Notes: generated from the sequence alone by a model not told the origin. Shown: positions 1-14,264, counted from the first letter of the stretch. The stretch is DNA of 64,000 nt from Perkinsus chesapeaki ATCC PRA-425 (GCA_013115145.1 JAAPAO010000045.1:1-64000); one strand, 5' to 3'. Translations and numbers: made by a program.

Positions 1-733
1 CCGTCGGGCCGTTTCTCCTAGAGGGGCGGAGCGATGTAAAATATACAGTGACATTATCTTCATATGCCCTACATTATCACAACTCTGACAGCGACCGAAC
101 TAATGGTAATACATCTTCCTCTCCATCCTCAGTGCCATCAAATAAGACAGCATCAAATTGCCGACATGTATAATCATCAACTTGTGAGTCTTATTGTGTA
201 AACTGATGGCTATAATGCCAGATGATCTGTCACAACGAAGTTGGGCGACGTCATGACGCCACTACGCCCAACCCACGGCAGCGCGCGAATAGTTCTCCAA
301 CGCCTCGAACAGTGGATCCTTAGAAAGGGAAAGCACCCACGAACTCGAAGCCAATAATTCGCTTAAGTGTCATAAGGCGCCTTAAGCTAGATCCAATCGC
401 ACTGATCGAGTGATGCCGTATATCGCCTTTGCCGTCCGGCGTCTCGAGCGTATTGGCACATCCATACGTCTAACTCCAAGGCGTCATAGTCGCTAAATAT
501 ACTATCTCTCAATCGCCGTCTATGCAAGCACACTATGCTGCTGAGGCACCTCCGTTTGCGACATGCTGTCCCCGGTAGCTAGCAAGTAAACAGGTCGCAT
601 CAACTTGTGCTGGTGTGTGGCCATCAAACTGCTCCTCACAACGGTTCCGCGCGGAGTCAGAGTAAAGCCATATCTAATCTTAGATGGTTCGATTTAGTTC
701 CTCTCACTTCACGGTGCCATCAAAAGGAATTGA

Positions 734-2246
734 ATGACTACTCCCGAGTTTGCTTCTGAAGATGCCCGTCGTACTAATATGAAGTGTATTGGGTATGCCT
801 TACTAGCAATGCTTGGGTTTGGTATTACTAATTATCTCATTGGGTAATAGCTCAGCTGCCTCGTGAACTGATAGGCCACTGTCTTAGATACGCCACGAGT
901 TATTTGCAGACTTCAGTGGAGACATTTTACGCAGTCGGCGCGGAATGGAAAATGATGGTCATCCTCTGGCTGTCGGGAGGTGTCCCAGGTACGTTTTCTT
1001 TATAAGGAAGAATAAACCACATTGTGATCAGGTCTCCTTTGCTACCTCTTCCATTGGATTCGTGTTCGAAAGGTCGAGTTCTTCTGGGCAGAGGTTGACG
1101 AAATCTCACCTCGCATAACAGCATCGTCGAAGCTTCTGACGCTAGCAGGCGGCGTCGGTTTGGGTGTTTCTGTTAGCCTGATGAAGAAGGCATTTGTCTT
1201 CTCTTCCCCAGCTGATAAAGGCAAGTCTCCATCATCATATTTTGACTGCCCATCTGATCCTGCAGGTCCTATCAGCGCCATAGTTGGATCGACCATTATC
1301 ATTGTCAGCCTATACGGCCATTTTGTTTTTCGTGAGCTCTTGAGCAAGCGGCATGCAGTACTTATAGGAATTGTATGCTTGGGAACTAACTCCACTTTCC
1401 ATCAGTTGCCTCCTTGTGTAGGTTATCACAGGCGTCCTGATATCTGCATTTGGTCCTGGCGGTCCAACTCAGGTTGAGAATCGAGCCGCTGCAGAGGAGA
1501 CCACAGGCCATACTGCTCTCGGATTCGCATTCGCGGTAAGTTCAACTTTCTGTCTACTGTTATGAACTGAAGTCTTCTGAAGGCTCGCTCCAGTTCCACG
1601 CCCCTTGGAATCCCCTTTTCAGATTCTTTCTATGATCGGCATGGCTGCTACAACAATATTGATCCGATATAGTTCCTTGGGTAACAACTCGCTTTCCTAT
1701 CGTATATTCACCCGTGCCCCTTGAAACACCAGGCTACCCCTTCCCTCAGGTCACGTCTCAACTTGGAGCGGATACTCCGCTCGACTTCTGGCTCAATCGG
1801 CGCTGGCACTAGTTGTCGGTTACATGTTCGTCAAGAGTGAGGATGGTGGTGCATTACCTGTTACTGTGCTTCCCAATGAAGTTGTCACCCTTTCTGTTAT
1901 CGCCGGACTCATGCAGGTAGACCACAGTGCTCACTTTGCTATCTTTTGTGACAGTCCTGGGCTTTCATTTCAGTCCTTTGGTTTCCTTGCCCTCAACGTA
2001 GCTCTGACGTTCCCCTCCACTAGCTTAGTGAACGTGATAGTATCAGCCAATTCTATCGTTGTTCTTGGTCTTAATTTTGCTGTTGATGGACTCTTGCCTT
2101 GCCGAACTCAACTGGTTGGTATGGGTATTATCCTTCTTGGCGTCATGTTATGCACTCTAACCCCACCACCGATGTGCAGGGGTACCGTACCTCATCAGAG
2201 TACTGTGAACAAACCATTGTTGTCAAACCCAGATAGATCCGCTTAG
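734..2246 (+). CDS. EamA/DMT-like multi-pass transporter, paralog 1 (multi-exon)
   Basis: Spliced reading MTTPEFAS...GYALLAMLGFGITNY...KKAFVFSSPADK|GPISAIVGS...LYGHFVFRELL...FGFLALNVALTFPSTSLVNVIVSANSIVVLGLNFAVDGLLP. About 10 hydrophobic segments in two repeats; exon junctions match paralogs 2 and 3. Confidence 0.75.
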
Positions 2247-2969
2247 AATATGCGGTTATTCTTGTTTGCTAATAGTAGTTCATCCCTACCAACTTTTAAC
2301 TTGCTGTTTTTATCGTGTAAGGCCACCATTGCTCATTGTTACTTTTCATGAGTTACCCGGTCTCCGTCGTGGGCCTGGATGTGTCATTAATTTCATGTTG
2401 ACACTGCTAGTACCTATCTCAACTTGAGAGTTTCAAGATTTTTTCTAACTCAGCGTACAGTTTTGTGTTTCATGAAAGTAAAGTTGTACTCGACAGTAAT
2501 GCACTGAAGTACCGCTCAGTAGGAGCCAGTACCGTAACTATCAAGTCGATCCTCAGGATTGCTGCTTTGGGCTTACAAAGAGCTGAAGCTCGTTACTCGC
2601 AAGCTGCGAGTATTAAGGATTGCAAAACCAGTGTATCGATTATCCCAATCCCACGCTGCTAGGCTGGTACCAGTCCCCATCCACGAAACGTGAACCGCAC
2701 TTATACTCGGCAATCAACTGAAGCCCTCGAGAGATGTCGTTACGTATGAAGGAAGGTTCGGTATAAAAAATCAGAGCAGAATGAAACGTTACGTTAGAAT
2801 TTTAGCATTACAATGCCGCTATCGGGGAGCCGCGTGTCTCCGACGCTAGTACACGATCTATTCCGAGGCCTTGTGGGAGTGGCACAATGACGCTAGACTC
2901 GTCACCTCGGATGTCACTTTTCATGTTCCATATAAGTTTGTTATCCTTTCAAAGTCCCAATTCACAACT

Positions 2970-4599
2970 ATGCGTCTTTCAGCGAGCAAGCCCGCAACTG
3001 AGGGAAAGTCCTCGTCCGATCTCGCAAAATGCATCAGCTTCTCACTAGTGGGGCTTCTTGGCTATGGCTTCTTCAATTACTGTGTTGGGTAACCTGCCAA
3101 CATCATTTTCATCTCTTGATATTCTTATGCCTTCAGGTACACTGGCGGTATCATCGCGAACGAAGTTGAGCCAGAGCATGTCGACGCAGCCCAATGGCAA
3201 GTCCTTGTTATTATGTGGTTGGTTGGCGGCCTTCCTGGTAAGCTACGTTTCTCCCAAACGAAACAGTGGAGTCTATTGACTGCGATGCATGGCTTAGCTC
3301 ATGATTCGTAAGCTCGGGCCTCGGGTATCCGTCGTATTTGCGGTGATAGACTTGCGTCTGCTGATTGACCCTCAGCAACGGTCTTTGAACAGGTTCAATG
3401 TGCTACCTAAGCCACTGGATAAAATGTCAAAGAATCGAGCTGTTTTGGAGCAAGTCTGAGAGGAGCGGCCCCGTGACTACGCTAACAAAGGTGTTGACAT
3501 TGTCCGAAGGAGTCATCTTGGCACTATCATCAACGCTTATCAAACAGGCTTTTGCTTTGTCTTCACCTGCTGATAAAGGTAAACCTGTTGACTCTCTACT
3601 TGAGGCCTTAGAAGCATGCCATTCCTCAGGTCCTATTGCTGCTATAGTATGCTCTACAGTGGTCACCGTGAGCTTGTACGGTCACTTTGTTTTCCGCGAG
3701 TTATTAGGCAGAGAGCATGCCATTCTATTGTTGATGGTAAGCGCATAGCACATCTTGCGATCTACGGCATAAATCGTCACTGGGGATACTGCGATCCGGT
3801 TTCGTCCTTCGTATAGTACTGTGAAGTGGTGCTCTTTGGTAGGCTGTCTTCGGCATGGTGGTTTCTGCTCTTGGTGGCGGTGCTGGAACAACTGTTGAGG
3901 ATGTCTCCTCGACTGGGAGCCATGGAGTCCTCGGCTTCCTGTTTGCCGTTCTCGCTATGGTGGGGATGTCGGCGTTAACGCTCCTCATGAGATATAGCTC
4001 TATTGGTAAGTAGGCAACGTGTTTTCCGAAATCTCTTGAGTGAGAGCCTCCCCATAATCACTGATGGTGCTCTCATATGCATAGCTTCAGGTAACGTTGC
4101 TACTCATAGTGGCTATTCCGCCCTTCTCTTATCACAGTCATCTGTAGCTCTTCTGCTTGCAGCTTTCCTAGCTCTCCAGGGCCAAACGACTTGCTACGTA
4201 ACCGAGCGAGCCTTAGTTACTACGGTAATTGGCGGTCTGTCGCAGGTAAGCGGTTGTATCTCGTGCGGTTGTGCTCTACACTTGTTGACTGTTTTTGTTG
4301 TTCCTCAGTCGATTGGCATCTTTGCCATGAATGAAGCACTAGCCTATCCGATGACGAGTCTTGTTAACGTGATATGTTCTGCTAATCCTGTTGTTGTTCT
4401 CCTACTCAACTTGGCCGTCGACGGCCTGCTCCCTGGAACAACGCAGCTCGCTGGTATGGTCATCATTCTGGTTGCTGTCTTCCTAAGTGCACTAAAGCCC
4501 CCAAAGGTTTCGGAGGCCCCTATAAAGGTACAAGTTACGAGGAGCGGCCCCTACGATTTGGAAGATGCCCTCCTCGGAAAATCGAAGAACCCAATTTAA
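2970..4599 (+). CDS. EamA/DMT-like transporter, paralog 2 (multi-exon)
   Basis: Same blocks as paralog 1: KQAFALSSPADK|GPIAAIV, LYGHFVFRELL, ALAYPMTSLVNVICSANPVVVLLLNLAVDGLLP. Confidence 0.75.
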
Positions 4600-5649
4600 T
4601 ACCAGTCTTCGGTTTTTCTGATTGTTTAACCGTCAAATGCTTGCTATCATTAACTATGGAATATTGCTTATAAATTGATCGTTATTTTTTATATGTTAAA
4701 AGACGGGTGTCATCGCCTACGTCCCGTCTCTTATGAGTTCATCTTATCTATTGCTGAATCACTCTTTCAGCTCTTCTAATGTAACCATTTATCAGTTTAA
4801 CGTCCACAGGTATGTCTACTATCATTTGCATAGACCGATTTTGTGTTTCTGATCTGCCACCATATTCTCTCGTTGAGTTGAATCATGTAGTAGTCTGCGT
4901 AGAGCACAATTGGACTGTCACTGAGGATACGAGCTTCCCGATGACAAACGCTATTAGCTGAGAGCTAGAACTGTTCGTGGTCAAGGTACAGACTCCGGCC
5001 CGCACAAAACTCCTGCAGCCTAGCAACGTCAAGTCGTGGACGTCACATAGGGAGACTGAGAGGGAACCTTCGAGGTCCACGCATTGCAAGGCAATCACGA
5101 GGGTGGAGCGAAGACTGCAGGTGCTACAGTATTCGTACAGTTCTCCTACGGTGTGGGAAAGCCAGGCTCATCATCAAATTAGTAGGGTAGCGATGTCGGG
5201 TTAAGCGTGCTTGCGAAAGCAACATGCAGCATGCGCACGACTCTCAACTAGTATATGGTTTGCTCGACGCTTGAATCACTAAGACGTCTCAAAAATTCTA
5301 GCAGGTACTGTAGAGGAGTTATCAGTAAAAGCTATCGAGTCCCACTTTCAGAGAGCTCAACTCGATAGTAGAGGAGACTCTCTTAAGGAGGACGATCAGG
5401 AATCCATCCCGGTAATTGTGTGCCACCCAGCACCGCAGGACCTGCGCGTGCTGTCTACTTTCCGGGAGGACTTCGAGATTGCGATACTTACTCGATCAAC
5501 TTCCGACGACCTCTAGAGTCTTAGAAACCTAAGAGTCTGAGAAGCGTCGATTATCTACTCCGTTTGCTGTGGTCTGCGACGCCCAAGGCCCCGTCTTAGA
5601 AAATCCAGTGGTCTGCTCCGCAGGCGTCACGCCCGAAGCGTGATGTGCG

Positions 5650-7096
5650 GCGGCGGTGCTTTTGCAAAACAATGTATCTTCGGTGCGCTTGCGTGGATAG
5701 GAAGAGCTCTATGATCATTCACAGTTAAGGTACTGTACCGCATCTTCAGCAAGACCATCCAAATATGTAACAGCAAAATAGCGAGGGACAGAAACAAGAA
5801 TCTTCATCAGTTGAAGCTGTTCCGTATCAATTACATGGCTCTACATCTTTATGTTGTATCTTGTACCTTCGCCATACTAACGTTTGGCCAGAGTATCATC
5901 TATAGGGACTATAAGAGAGGCGATAAGTTCGTCGATGACGCAGTCGAGAACTTGTTCCAGTCGTTATGCCAAAACCTTCAAGATGTTCCCTGCCGTGTAG
6001 CAGTGGATCAAGCCCAGAAGCCCGAGGTGGGCTGCGTATACTAGCTCACAGTATCCAGCTATATGATGCAGCTCATTACATCAGTCAAGCGAGAATCGGC
6101 TTTTCAGGTGGTTGTTGGGTTCCTGTCGATGATGATTCCTTATACGTTGTCCAAGTGCGATGAAAACGCCGTCAGGAACCACATGTAGGGAGGTTGTTTC
6201 CTTATGCATCATATCTCCTTATCAGGCAAGATCGTGAGAAGGAAGGGATATTTGCCTACTTACGTTACGTAAGATCAGTGTTAGGTTGACACAGAAAACT
6301 GAGGAACACGCTGACGTGGTCCGAGTTCATCTAGGGTCAAACTTACATAACATGTACTTGTTTTGCACCGTGGCGTCCCACCCGAGGACCTGTTTCTTAA
6401 TCCCGGTGTGAAAAGGCACGCCCTTAACTTCACAGAGCTGCGTCGGTTAGACTGTACCGTACGGTGTATTATCACTTATTGGTGTCTCTTTTTGCTATCT
6501 TTTAATTACTTAGGTTGAGGTCGCAAAGTCCTTCAAGGGAAAGGGTATTGCAACCACTCTGATTCAATATGCCATCCAAACCGTAAGAATGAGACCATCG
6601 CGACTAACGGCGCATTAGCATCTGAAATTTCGAGCTTCAAATTCGCCGTCGTAATGCTACCAATATGTCAGGGGAGAAGTAAACGAACTGTCCTTGCTCT
6701 CACCTTGCGCGTCGATACGCAACTTTCCCCGGTCGAGCTGTACGAAAGACTGGGGTTTGAGAAAGTTTCAGGTAGGCACTGTTTTCATGGCGAAATTGAA
6801 GCCGCTTCGCTCAGGAGGAGATTACGATGCTCTTGTGGCCGTATGTTATTATTAAAGTGGCCCAAATGCTGCTGTTCTCAACGCTTGGGCTGTTGACCAC
6901 AGTATGCAGTGCTAGTGCCTTGATTATTCTCCCGGTGCAATCATTCCACAATGCAACTCTTTTGACAAATAGAGGAATACTGCTCCATATAAGGCCTCAG
7001 GTCCTTTCGAGAATCAACTCATACAGAAAGTGTTTAGTTCTCACTGGAGTATTCAGCGCCTGCGAAGGTCTGGCAACGATGCCGTGGTTACGGTAG
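5650..7096 (+). CDS. GNAT-family acetyltransferase (multi-exon; ends approximate)
   Basis: Exon near 6511-6580 reads VEVAKSFKGKGIATTLIQYAIQ (acetyl-CoA motif A). A downstream exon reads LRVDTQLSPVELYERLGFEKV (C-terminal LYERLGF motif). Confidence 0.65.
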
Positions 7097-7588
7097 CCTA
7101 GTCTTGCGCCGTAGCCGCACGAGCTAGCCGATCAAGCTGTTCAAACCTACGCGGGGAGAACACGAAGGTGCCGTGAAGTGAGCTCGGACTTCGGCCTGAA
7201 ATATCCCAGGTTATGAGATCGAATACGAGGGGCCAATAAATCCAGTACTGTGATTGGGTAACACATTGTTGAAGGGTAGCGAGCATGCAACACAACAGCA
7301 TGCGTACATTAGAAGGGAAAAGAACGTTATTTACTACTCTGCGCTATCTATGGCTATGCTGAATGCAGCGACACAATAGATAACTACAAATCGATAATAG
7401 AGTATTAAAAACTTCTACACAGGCGGCTAACCTTAGCCGATAAAACATAATCTGATATAGAGGGGATGATGAGCTGGAGCTCTGTGGTCGGGTATACATA
7501 CTGACTCGACGTCTTGAAGTGGCGAGTACACAATAAAATAAATGATGGTGTTGAAAAATATACGGTAGACATACTTAGTACGAATTAC

Positions 7589-9277
7589 TTAGACAAGGCC
7601 TCTGCTGTTGTTGTGGCCTAGTAGTAGGGGCTCTCTTGCAACATCATTGATCACAATCGACGCCCTTCTCTTATTGCCCACTTCACTATTATTGTCGATG
7701 GCTTTTGAAGGTGGTAGAAGAGAGCTTAGAATAACACCAGTTAACAGAATAGACATGCCTATCAGCTGCGACATGCAGGGTAGTAGGCCATCAATGGCAA
7801 AGTTGAGGAATAGGACAACAACAGAGTGAGATGAAGCTATCACGTTCACAAGGCTTGTTGATGGATAAGATAAGGCGACGTTAAGAGCGAAGATAGCCAA
7901 AGTCTGAAGGAAGAGAAAAATCAGCGATGTACAACAGAGATGTGACAAGAGCTCACCTGCGACAGGCCAGCGATGACCGCCAAACCAATAACTTCATTGG
8001 GTAGGACTGTAGCAGGTAGCTCTTTGTTCTCATCGCTCCTAGTTAATGCTAGACCAGCAATGACGGCCAACACGGAGAGGACACATTGTCTTGATGCAAA
8101 GCCACTCCAAGTAGAGACGTGACCTGATGATAGAATGATATTAAAAAAGACTTAACAACAACTTTGCTTGCCTATAGCACTATAACGAATCAACAGGGTG
8201 GTACCAGACATAGAAAGCATAGCTAGTATCTGAACAAGGCCATGATGAGACCGCCAATCGATTTCGTACTTACTGCAAATGCGAAACCCAACTTATTGTT
8301 ATTATCCGGGCTCACCCTTTCTGGGTTAAAAATTACGCTTTGGCCGTCGGGAAAGCTTCCAAAGGCTTCATAGGGTTCATAGTCATATGCAATAGTAGAG
8401 TCATCTGGCGACGCACTCCCACTGCCTAACGAGGATATCACAACACCGGCAAGAATCTAAGGATCACGATGTAGAAAGAAACCGTGGTAAAAAGACCGAG
8501 CTCACCACAAATATGAGGAACGCGTGCTTTTTAGTCAACAGTTCCCCAAAGACAAAGTGGCCGTAGAGACTCACAACCACAATGGCCGTCCCCAGGATAG
8601 CCGTGACGGGGCCTAAAGGACACAAAATACCAACTAAAAGAGGATAATAAAAGTTCCTCACCTTTCTCGGCAGGGCTAGTGAAAACGAAGGCTTTCTTCA
8701 TAAGGCTGAGGGAAAGCCCCAACAACAATCCACCAAGGAGTGTCAGTGCCTTGGTTTTAATAGTGATAGAGTCTCCATGGAGGTTGTTGTGGTCGCTCCA
8801 GAAGAACTCTATCCGCCTGTTGAGGACCCAACGGTGTATATAGCATGCAACACCTAACAGGTGGATGTTAGAAATATCGAGGTAGACCATTGCATACCAG
8901 GTAGACTGGCTGTGAACCAGATAATGGTCATCATCTTCCATTCGGCACCAATCCAGTAATACTTCTCTATTGAGCTCTCGAGGATTCCCGTGGCCAGACT
9001 AAAACAGCGACACCCTCAATCCAATCAGAGAGCTAATTTTCAAACCAGGATCTATTCCCAATGTCGCTAAAACCCTAACATCAATTTTATCCACAAACGA
9101 CAGACACGGAAGCTCACTGGACTGATCCGACAAGAAGATGATGAGCCCTTACGCCATAACGTAGCTAGTGGCACCGAAGCCCAACATGCTGAGTATTGAG
9201 AACGCTATGCATTTCTGGAGACCATGATCTCGTCTCGATCCAGCTGGCGATGTAGGTCGGTTCGTAGGCAGTAACAT
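7589..9277 (-). CDS. EamA/DMT-like transporter, paralog 3, inverted orientation
   Basis: MLLPTNRP...KCIAFSILSMLGFGATSY; KKAFVFTSPAEK|GP; LYGHFVFGELL; ALNVALSYPSTSLVNVIASSHSVVVLFLNFAIDGLLP. Confidence 0.75.
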
Positions 9278-10139
9278 GGTAAGGAGATTAAGTGGGAACG
9301 TATCTACTCGACAGGCGTTGTCGTGGTAAACGTATTTCTGTTCCTCTGCGCTAGTATGGCAGCCGGTTGTGTGTTGCTAGCGTTGGTTCTTCAGGCGTTT
9401 CATCATTTCCGGCTCGATTTGCCGTTCCGCTGCATCTCCATGATTAACAATATTCCCCAGAGAACACGAATCGGTATGGATTTTATGTATGTAGGTTTTC
9501 CAGTAGCCAGAAAGGGCCCGGAGAGTGTTATTGTTGTTAGACTGTGCGCAGGGGATAAGCGTAAGGGAAACGCAAGAGTTTCGAGAGCGCAAGATGGCTG
9601 TACTAATCGTTAAGTCTGAGACGAAGTACTCGCAATCGGCTCGGATTAGAATCTGACCGGTAGCCTCAGCACTTAATACATTTACGTCACCGGTTCTGTT
9701 CGTTATCCTCTAGGATAGGTCTTGGGTCACTTATTTGCAGTCAAGGTCGTCGGCGTGTATTAACGATGATTGTTTTCAGTTCCCCTTCCTCCCTCCCCCT
9801 TACCTCAGCTCATAGTGCACCATCCACACCTACTACAGTAATCTCGGAGTCCAACTACCTAGTAGTGGCTATGATGAGGGAGGAACGACATCAAATCGAC
9901 GGTTTGAGCGGAAATCATCACAATCGACTTTAGACAGGAGACATTCCTTCATCCCTCCGACGGCCCCACAGTTACTGCCAAACGAGCACGAGCCACTAGT
10001 CCTGCCTAACATCATTGATGGGCCTAACAGAAGGCGTGGTGAATTTTCCCGCATAAATAGAAGCAACACTGCTGCGACGCACTACAACGAGCTCGGTAGA
10101 AGAAGGGGCGGCGCACGAACAGTTCTACTGGACGGCTTG

Positions 10140-11470
10140 ATGTCGTCCCATCCCGTTATGGAACTCATACCGGGAAGATTCTACTTCACTGTTATCGATG
10201 GTCTGCCTGTTGTCAATCCAAAAGCTAAGAGAAGGCCAGTACTGTTCAGCATTGATAACGAACTCGTCTACAGGAGATTTTTCCGCGATTTCGGGCCGCT
10301 GAATCTCGCGCAGATCACAGCGTATCTTCGCAAGGTGGCATCATCGTGCATTAACTAACAAAAGATACTTTCTCTGGCCAGGTCAAGTCGCTGCTCGATA
10401 GCGCCTCTCGAGATGGTCGACACGTTGTGCATTACTGTAGCAGCCACCCTGAAAAACGTAACTCTCGCACGACTGGGAAATTCTGCTCAATTTTCGTTCA
10501 GGCCCGAATGCGATATTGCTCGCCTCCGCGTATCTTATGCTCTACTGCAACCTAGCACCAGCTGAAGCAATTGAACGTGTCAATGGTGCCTATCCCCCCG
10601 TAGTGCCTTTCAGAGACGCAACTACGGGAGTGTGTCCCTACCCGTGCACGGTAAGATAACGGTAATCGGAACTGGCAAGCATCTTGGTGTCAGATATTCG
10701 ATTGTCTATGTGGACTCCAGTATGCTAATACGTTAGGATGGTACGAGCCTAAACGGTTTAATGTTGAAGAATACAACTACTACGACAGCTTACTGAACGG
10801 CGATGTGAACTGGATAATCCCAGGCAAGATTCTTGCCTTTTCGAGCCCACAAAACGAGCGAATTGATATCCGAGGATATCCTGCTCATGTCCCAGAAGAC
10901 TACCATGTCATGTTTCATTCGATGAAGGTCAAACTAATAGTAAGGCTGAATAACAAGCTGTATGACCGCAGCCGCTTCACAATAGCAGGCTTTGCTCACA
11001 TGGACCTTTACTTCCCCGATGGCAGTTGTCCGCCATCATCAATAATAGGTCATTTTACTCAAGCGATTGAATCGGTATTGGATTCTCCCATTAGCCCCGG
11101 CACAGTAGCGGTGCACTGTAAAGCCGGTCTTGGCCGCACTGGCTGCATCATCGGTGCATACGCTATCAAACGGTATAGGTTCCCAGCTCGGGCGTGGATC
11201 GGCTGGAACAGACTATGTCGTCCAGGCTCAATTCTAGGACAGCAGCAGCAGTACTTGTGCGAATATGAGCGTTCTCTTTGGGCCCTACAGATGCCTGCCG
11301 CTGCTGCTCTAATCTTTGGCAGCAGATTCCCCTCTTCCACTGGGTACAGCGAAGATGTTGGTCAAGGCGACAGGCTGATTGCGGCCAAGCGAGAGTCGGA
11401 AAGAGAGAGGATGCTTCTTGCTAGGAGGAGTCATATTGGCGCCCCCGCATTCGCACTTGAAGGCTTTTAG
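10140..11470 (+). CDS. CDC14: Cdc14 dual-specificity protein phosphatase
   Basis: N-domain FSIDNELVY..FF.DFGPLNLA; NWIIPGKILAFSSP; catalytic VHCKAGLGRTG; C-terminal GQGDRL. Confidence 0.93.
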
Positions 11471-11690
11471 CCTTTCTATTAGCTCCGTTGAGTGCTATTC
11501 CATTCATGTGTGAATCAACTGTTGTGATTTAATGAATGGGTTGAGTTTGTCATCCAGTGGGGAATTGTAGAAGTCAATTAACACAAGTACACGATAAATG
11601 CCTGAAGATTTCGGAACTGTACCGGACAAAGGACGCAGAACCGTACGTTAGCGAGGACGGCTGCTGCATCGTATAACTTGATGGGCTCAG

Positions 11691-14215
11691 GTGGCCATGG
11701 TGGCCCGAGAGGCAGCTAGAGTGCGGCAAGAACATACGGAGGCCAATAACACGCACAAGGCGACTGATGAAGTCTTCAACGGGGATCTAAAGACAAGATG
11801 CATTTCGCATAATGAAGTGCAGGTAAGCGCGCCGCCGCACTGGCGGTGGCTTATTGGATGCTCGCACTCTATGGGGTCAGTTGAACCCCGATTCGCCAGA
11901 ATTGTTGAGGGGACCTGGACGGGTGCAAAACGCACGGATGCTTCGGCGGAAGAGAGAATTAAAGCGACTGGGGGCGAAATATGTTACAGATCGTCAAGTG
12001 AGGACATTCCAAGGCAACCAGCGCCACCCTGAAAGATAGCTTCTAGGTTCCTGACTGGATAAAGTGCGAATATTGTGAGGCTGTTCTGGAGTCCAAACGG
12101 CAAAAGCGAGCCAACAATCGTGAAATCGCTGAGGTATCGATGCAGCAACTTGTAGGAGGCATAAATGGTGTTATTCCCTTCAGATTACCAGCAAGCAGCG
12201 GGTAAAGGAGCTCACCGAATTCGCTCTTAGGGAGAAGGGACTAACGCAAGGTACGCCGAGAACACGGAAGCCAATTAGGCTTGGTTAGATGAACTCGAAA
12301 TCATGACCGATTCGGGAGGACCAGAAGAGGAGGAATGGATCACGATAACCCAGCACGAGATGGCCATTGAACTTCTCAAGGAGGAGTGTGCCGCTAAGGT
12401 GGGCATACAAAAGCAAATATGAGGCAGGCGGATCTTTCCAGGTCGAAGATGCCCTCGAGTTGGTGAAGGAAAAAGACGAGGAGCTCATGCATGTAACGGC
12501 GAGCGAGATCAGGTGTGGCTTGCGGTGGTCTGCGTAGATAGTGACTGGAGTTATCTGGCCAGGTGGCGAGAGGCGGCAAATGAGTTGAGAGCTCAGAGAG
12601 ATATCATGCAGGATAGAGTCAACACTCTACAGGCTGAAGTGGTGGAGCTCAAAGGGACCGTCCAGTAGCTGCCTCGCCGCGGTTATTGAGTAACGCGCGG
12701 GTTAGGTGGCAAAAGGAAGAGATTGCTCGACTCGAGGCTGACATTGAGCACCGGAAGGAGATGTACGCATGCCATCTTGATCGATTGGCAACCTATTTCG
12801 AGAAGCTGAAGGGGATAGATCTCCAGGAATGGGTAAAGCTACGACTTGTGCCACTCAACGACCACCTACTGGCTCTTGTATAGATACTGGGAGAGATGGA
12901 CTATCACCGTCGCCTGCTCAAGGCGCACGGGAAAGCGCGTACGGTCCTACTGAATCCGCTTTGCAGTATCAATATTTCTCAGTTGAAGTGCAATTCCGAC
13001 AACAAGAACAAATCGAAGCTCTCGAGGGGGAAGTTGCCGGTCTTCAGAGCCGGCTCACGGACATGACGCAGAGTACTCCCTCCATCTGCAACCTCGTGCT
13101 GTTATCCTTATCCTGAGCAGAATGCGACAACACAGTGGAGCGGATGAAGGAAATGGCCGAAGCAAAGATGAGGAGACTTCGCTGGCCAGCGAATGACGCT
13201 AATAAGCTTCTCGTCTGGAACACCTGGCTGGACTTTCGACCAGAACTTAGGTGAATAAACTCCTGGAGCAACATTGCTAGTAGAACTTTACCGCAGTCTC
13301 GAGAAGCGTCTGATTGAGCGGGATGCAGAGCTGAGGGAAGCTCGCGAGATTATAACGAGTCAGACGGAAATGATCGCCATTCGAGATGCTGAAATCGCAG
13401 AGAAGGCCACACAGATCAGTAGGCTCAGAAGCAGATGAGGTTGTTGGTTATGGTGGTGTGCAGCCAATCTGACGAAATGTGTTGAAGATCTCACAAAGAA
13501 GCTACAAGTGATTGAGCATGAGCATCGGATGGATATGTGGAGACTGAAGACGGACCACCATAACAGGACCGTTACAGCAACTGAACGAACGTGCGTTGGT
13601 CTTCGTCTTCGTCGTCATCCGCACTCAGTGCTATCTCTCTGTACAGGCCCTGGCAACTTCTCTGTCTTGTGTGTAATGTCCCCTTATCACCGTGCTATCA
13701 TCAGGTTCCGGCGGCTACAATCACGATGGCAGAAACATCTAGAGATCAAAGAGAGAAATTGGACAGTAGGTTGCCTCGCCAGCGTCATATCCGACTTCCC
13801 TGCTCAGATCCTTATTGACTTCTTGCGCCGGCGGCTCTCATGGCTGGTAGGGTTCATTAAGGACGAGTCTCTTTTGAAGGAGATCTCGGACGCCCTTGGC
13901 CCTTCAATCATGGCGTCACATCTTGAACCTAGGATACGCGTCGATAATGCTAACAAGGACGGGTAGGCTGCCACCTGGCCTCGATGAGACTGGTTAACCT
14001 TTCCTCCCCAGGTTCTTTTGTGAAGGTTGTCGAGTAAAGGTACTGTATTCGGAAGCCATGAATGCTCTCAACAGAAGCGACACATCCCGCCCCACAACCG
14101 CCGCAGGCACGACGCGGCCGTCAACTCGTGGCGATACGAAACCGTCTTCAGACAAACTTACTCATCAGCCTTTATGGCGTCGTTGAGCACCATTTATGGG
14201 CACGCAAGGGGTTGA
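11691..14215 (+). CDS. Long coiled-coil protein, unknown function (many exons; ends approximate)
   Basis: Successive E/K/R/L-rich exons (KEEIARLEADIEHRKEMY, EQIEALEGEVAGLQSRL, IEHEHRMDMWRLK) separated by GT-AG introns. Confidence 0.5.
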
Positions 14216-14264
14216 GTTGGGATGAGTATATAGCCGGGGACGTAACGAAACACAGTCAGAAAGC

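Noticed and set aside
7464-7505. ATGATGA...CTGA as a box C/D snoRNA
   Set aside because: Too short (about 40 nt), with no terminal stem or recognisable guide.
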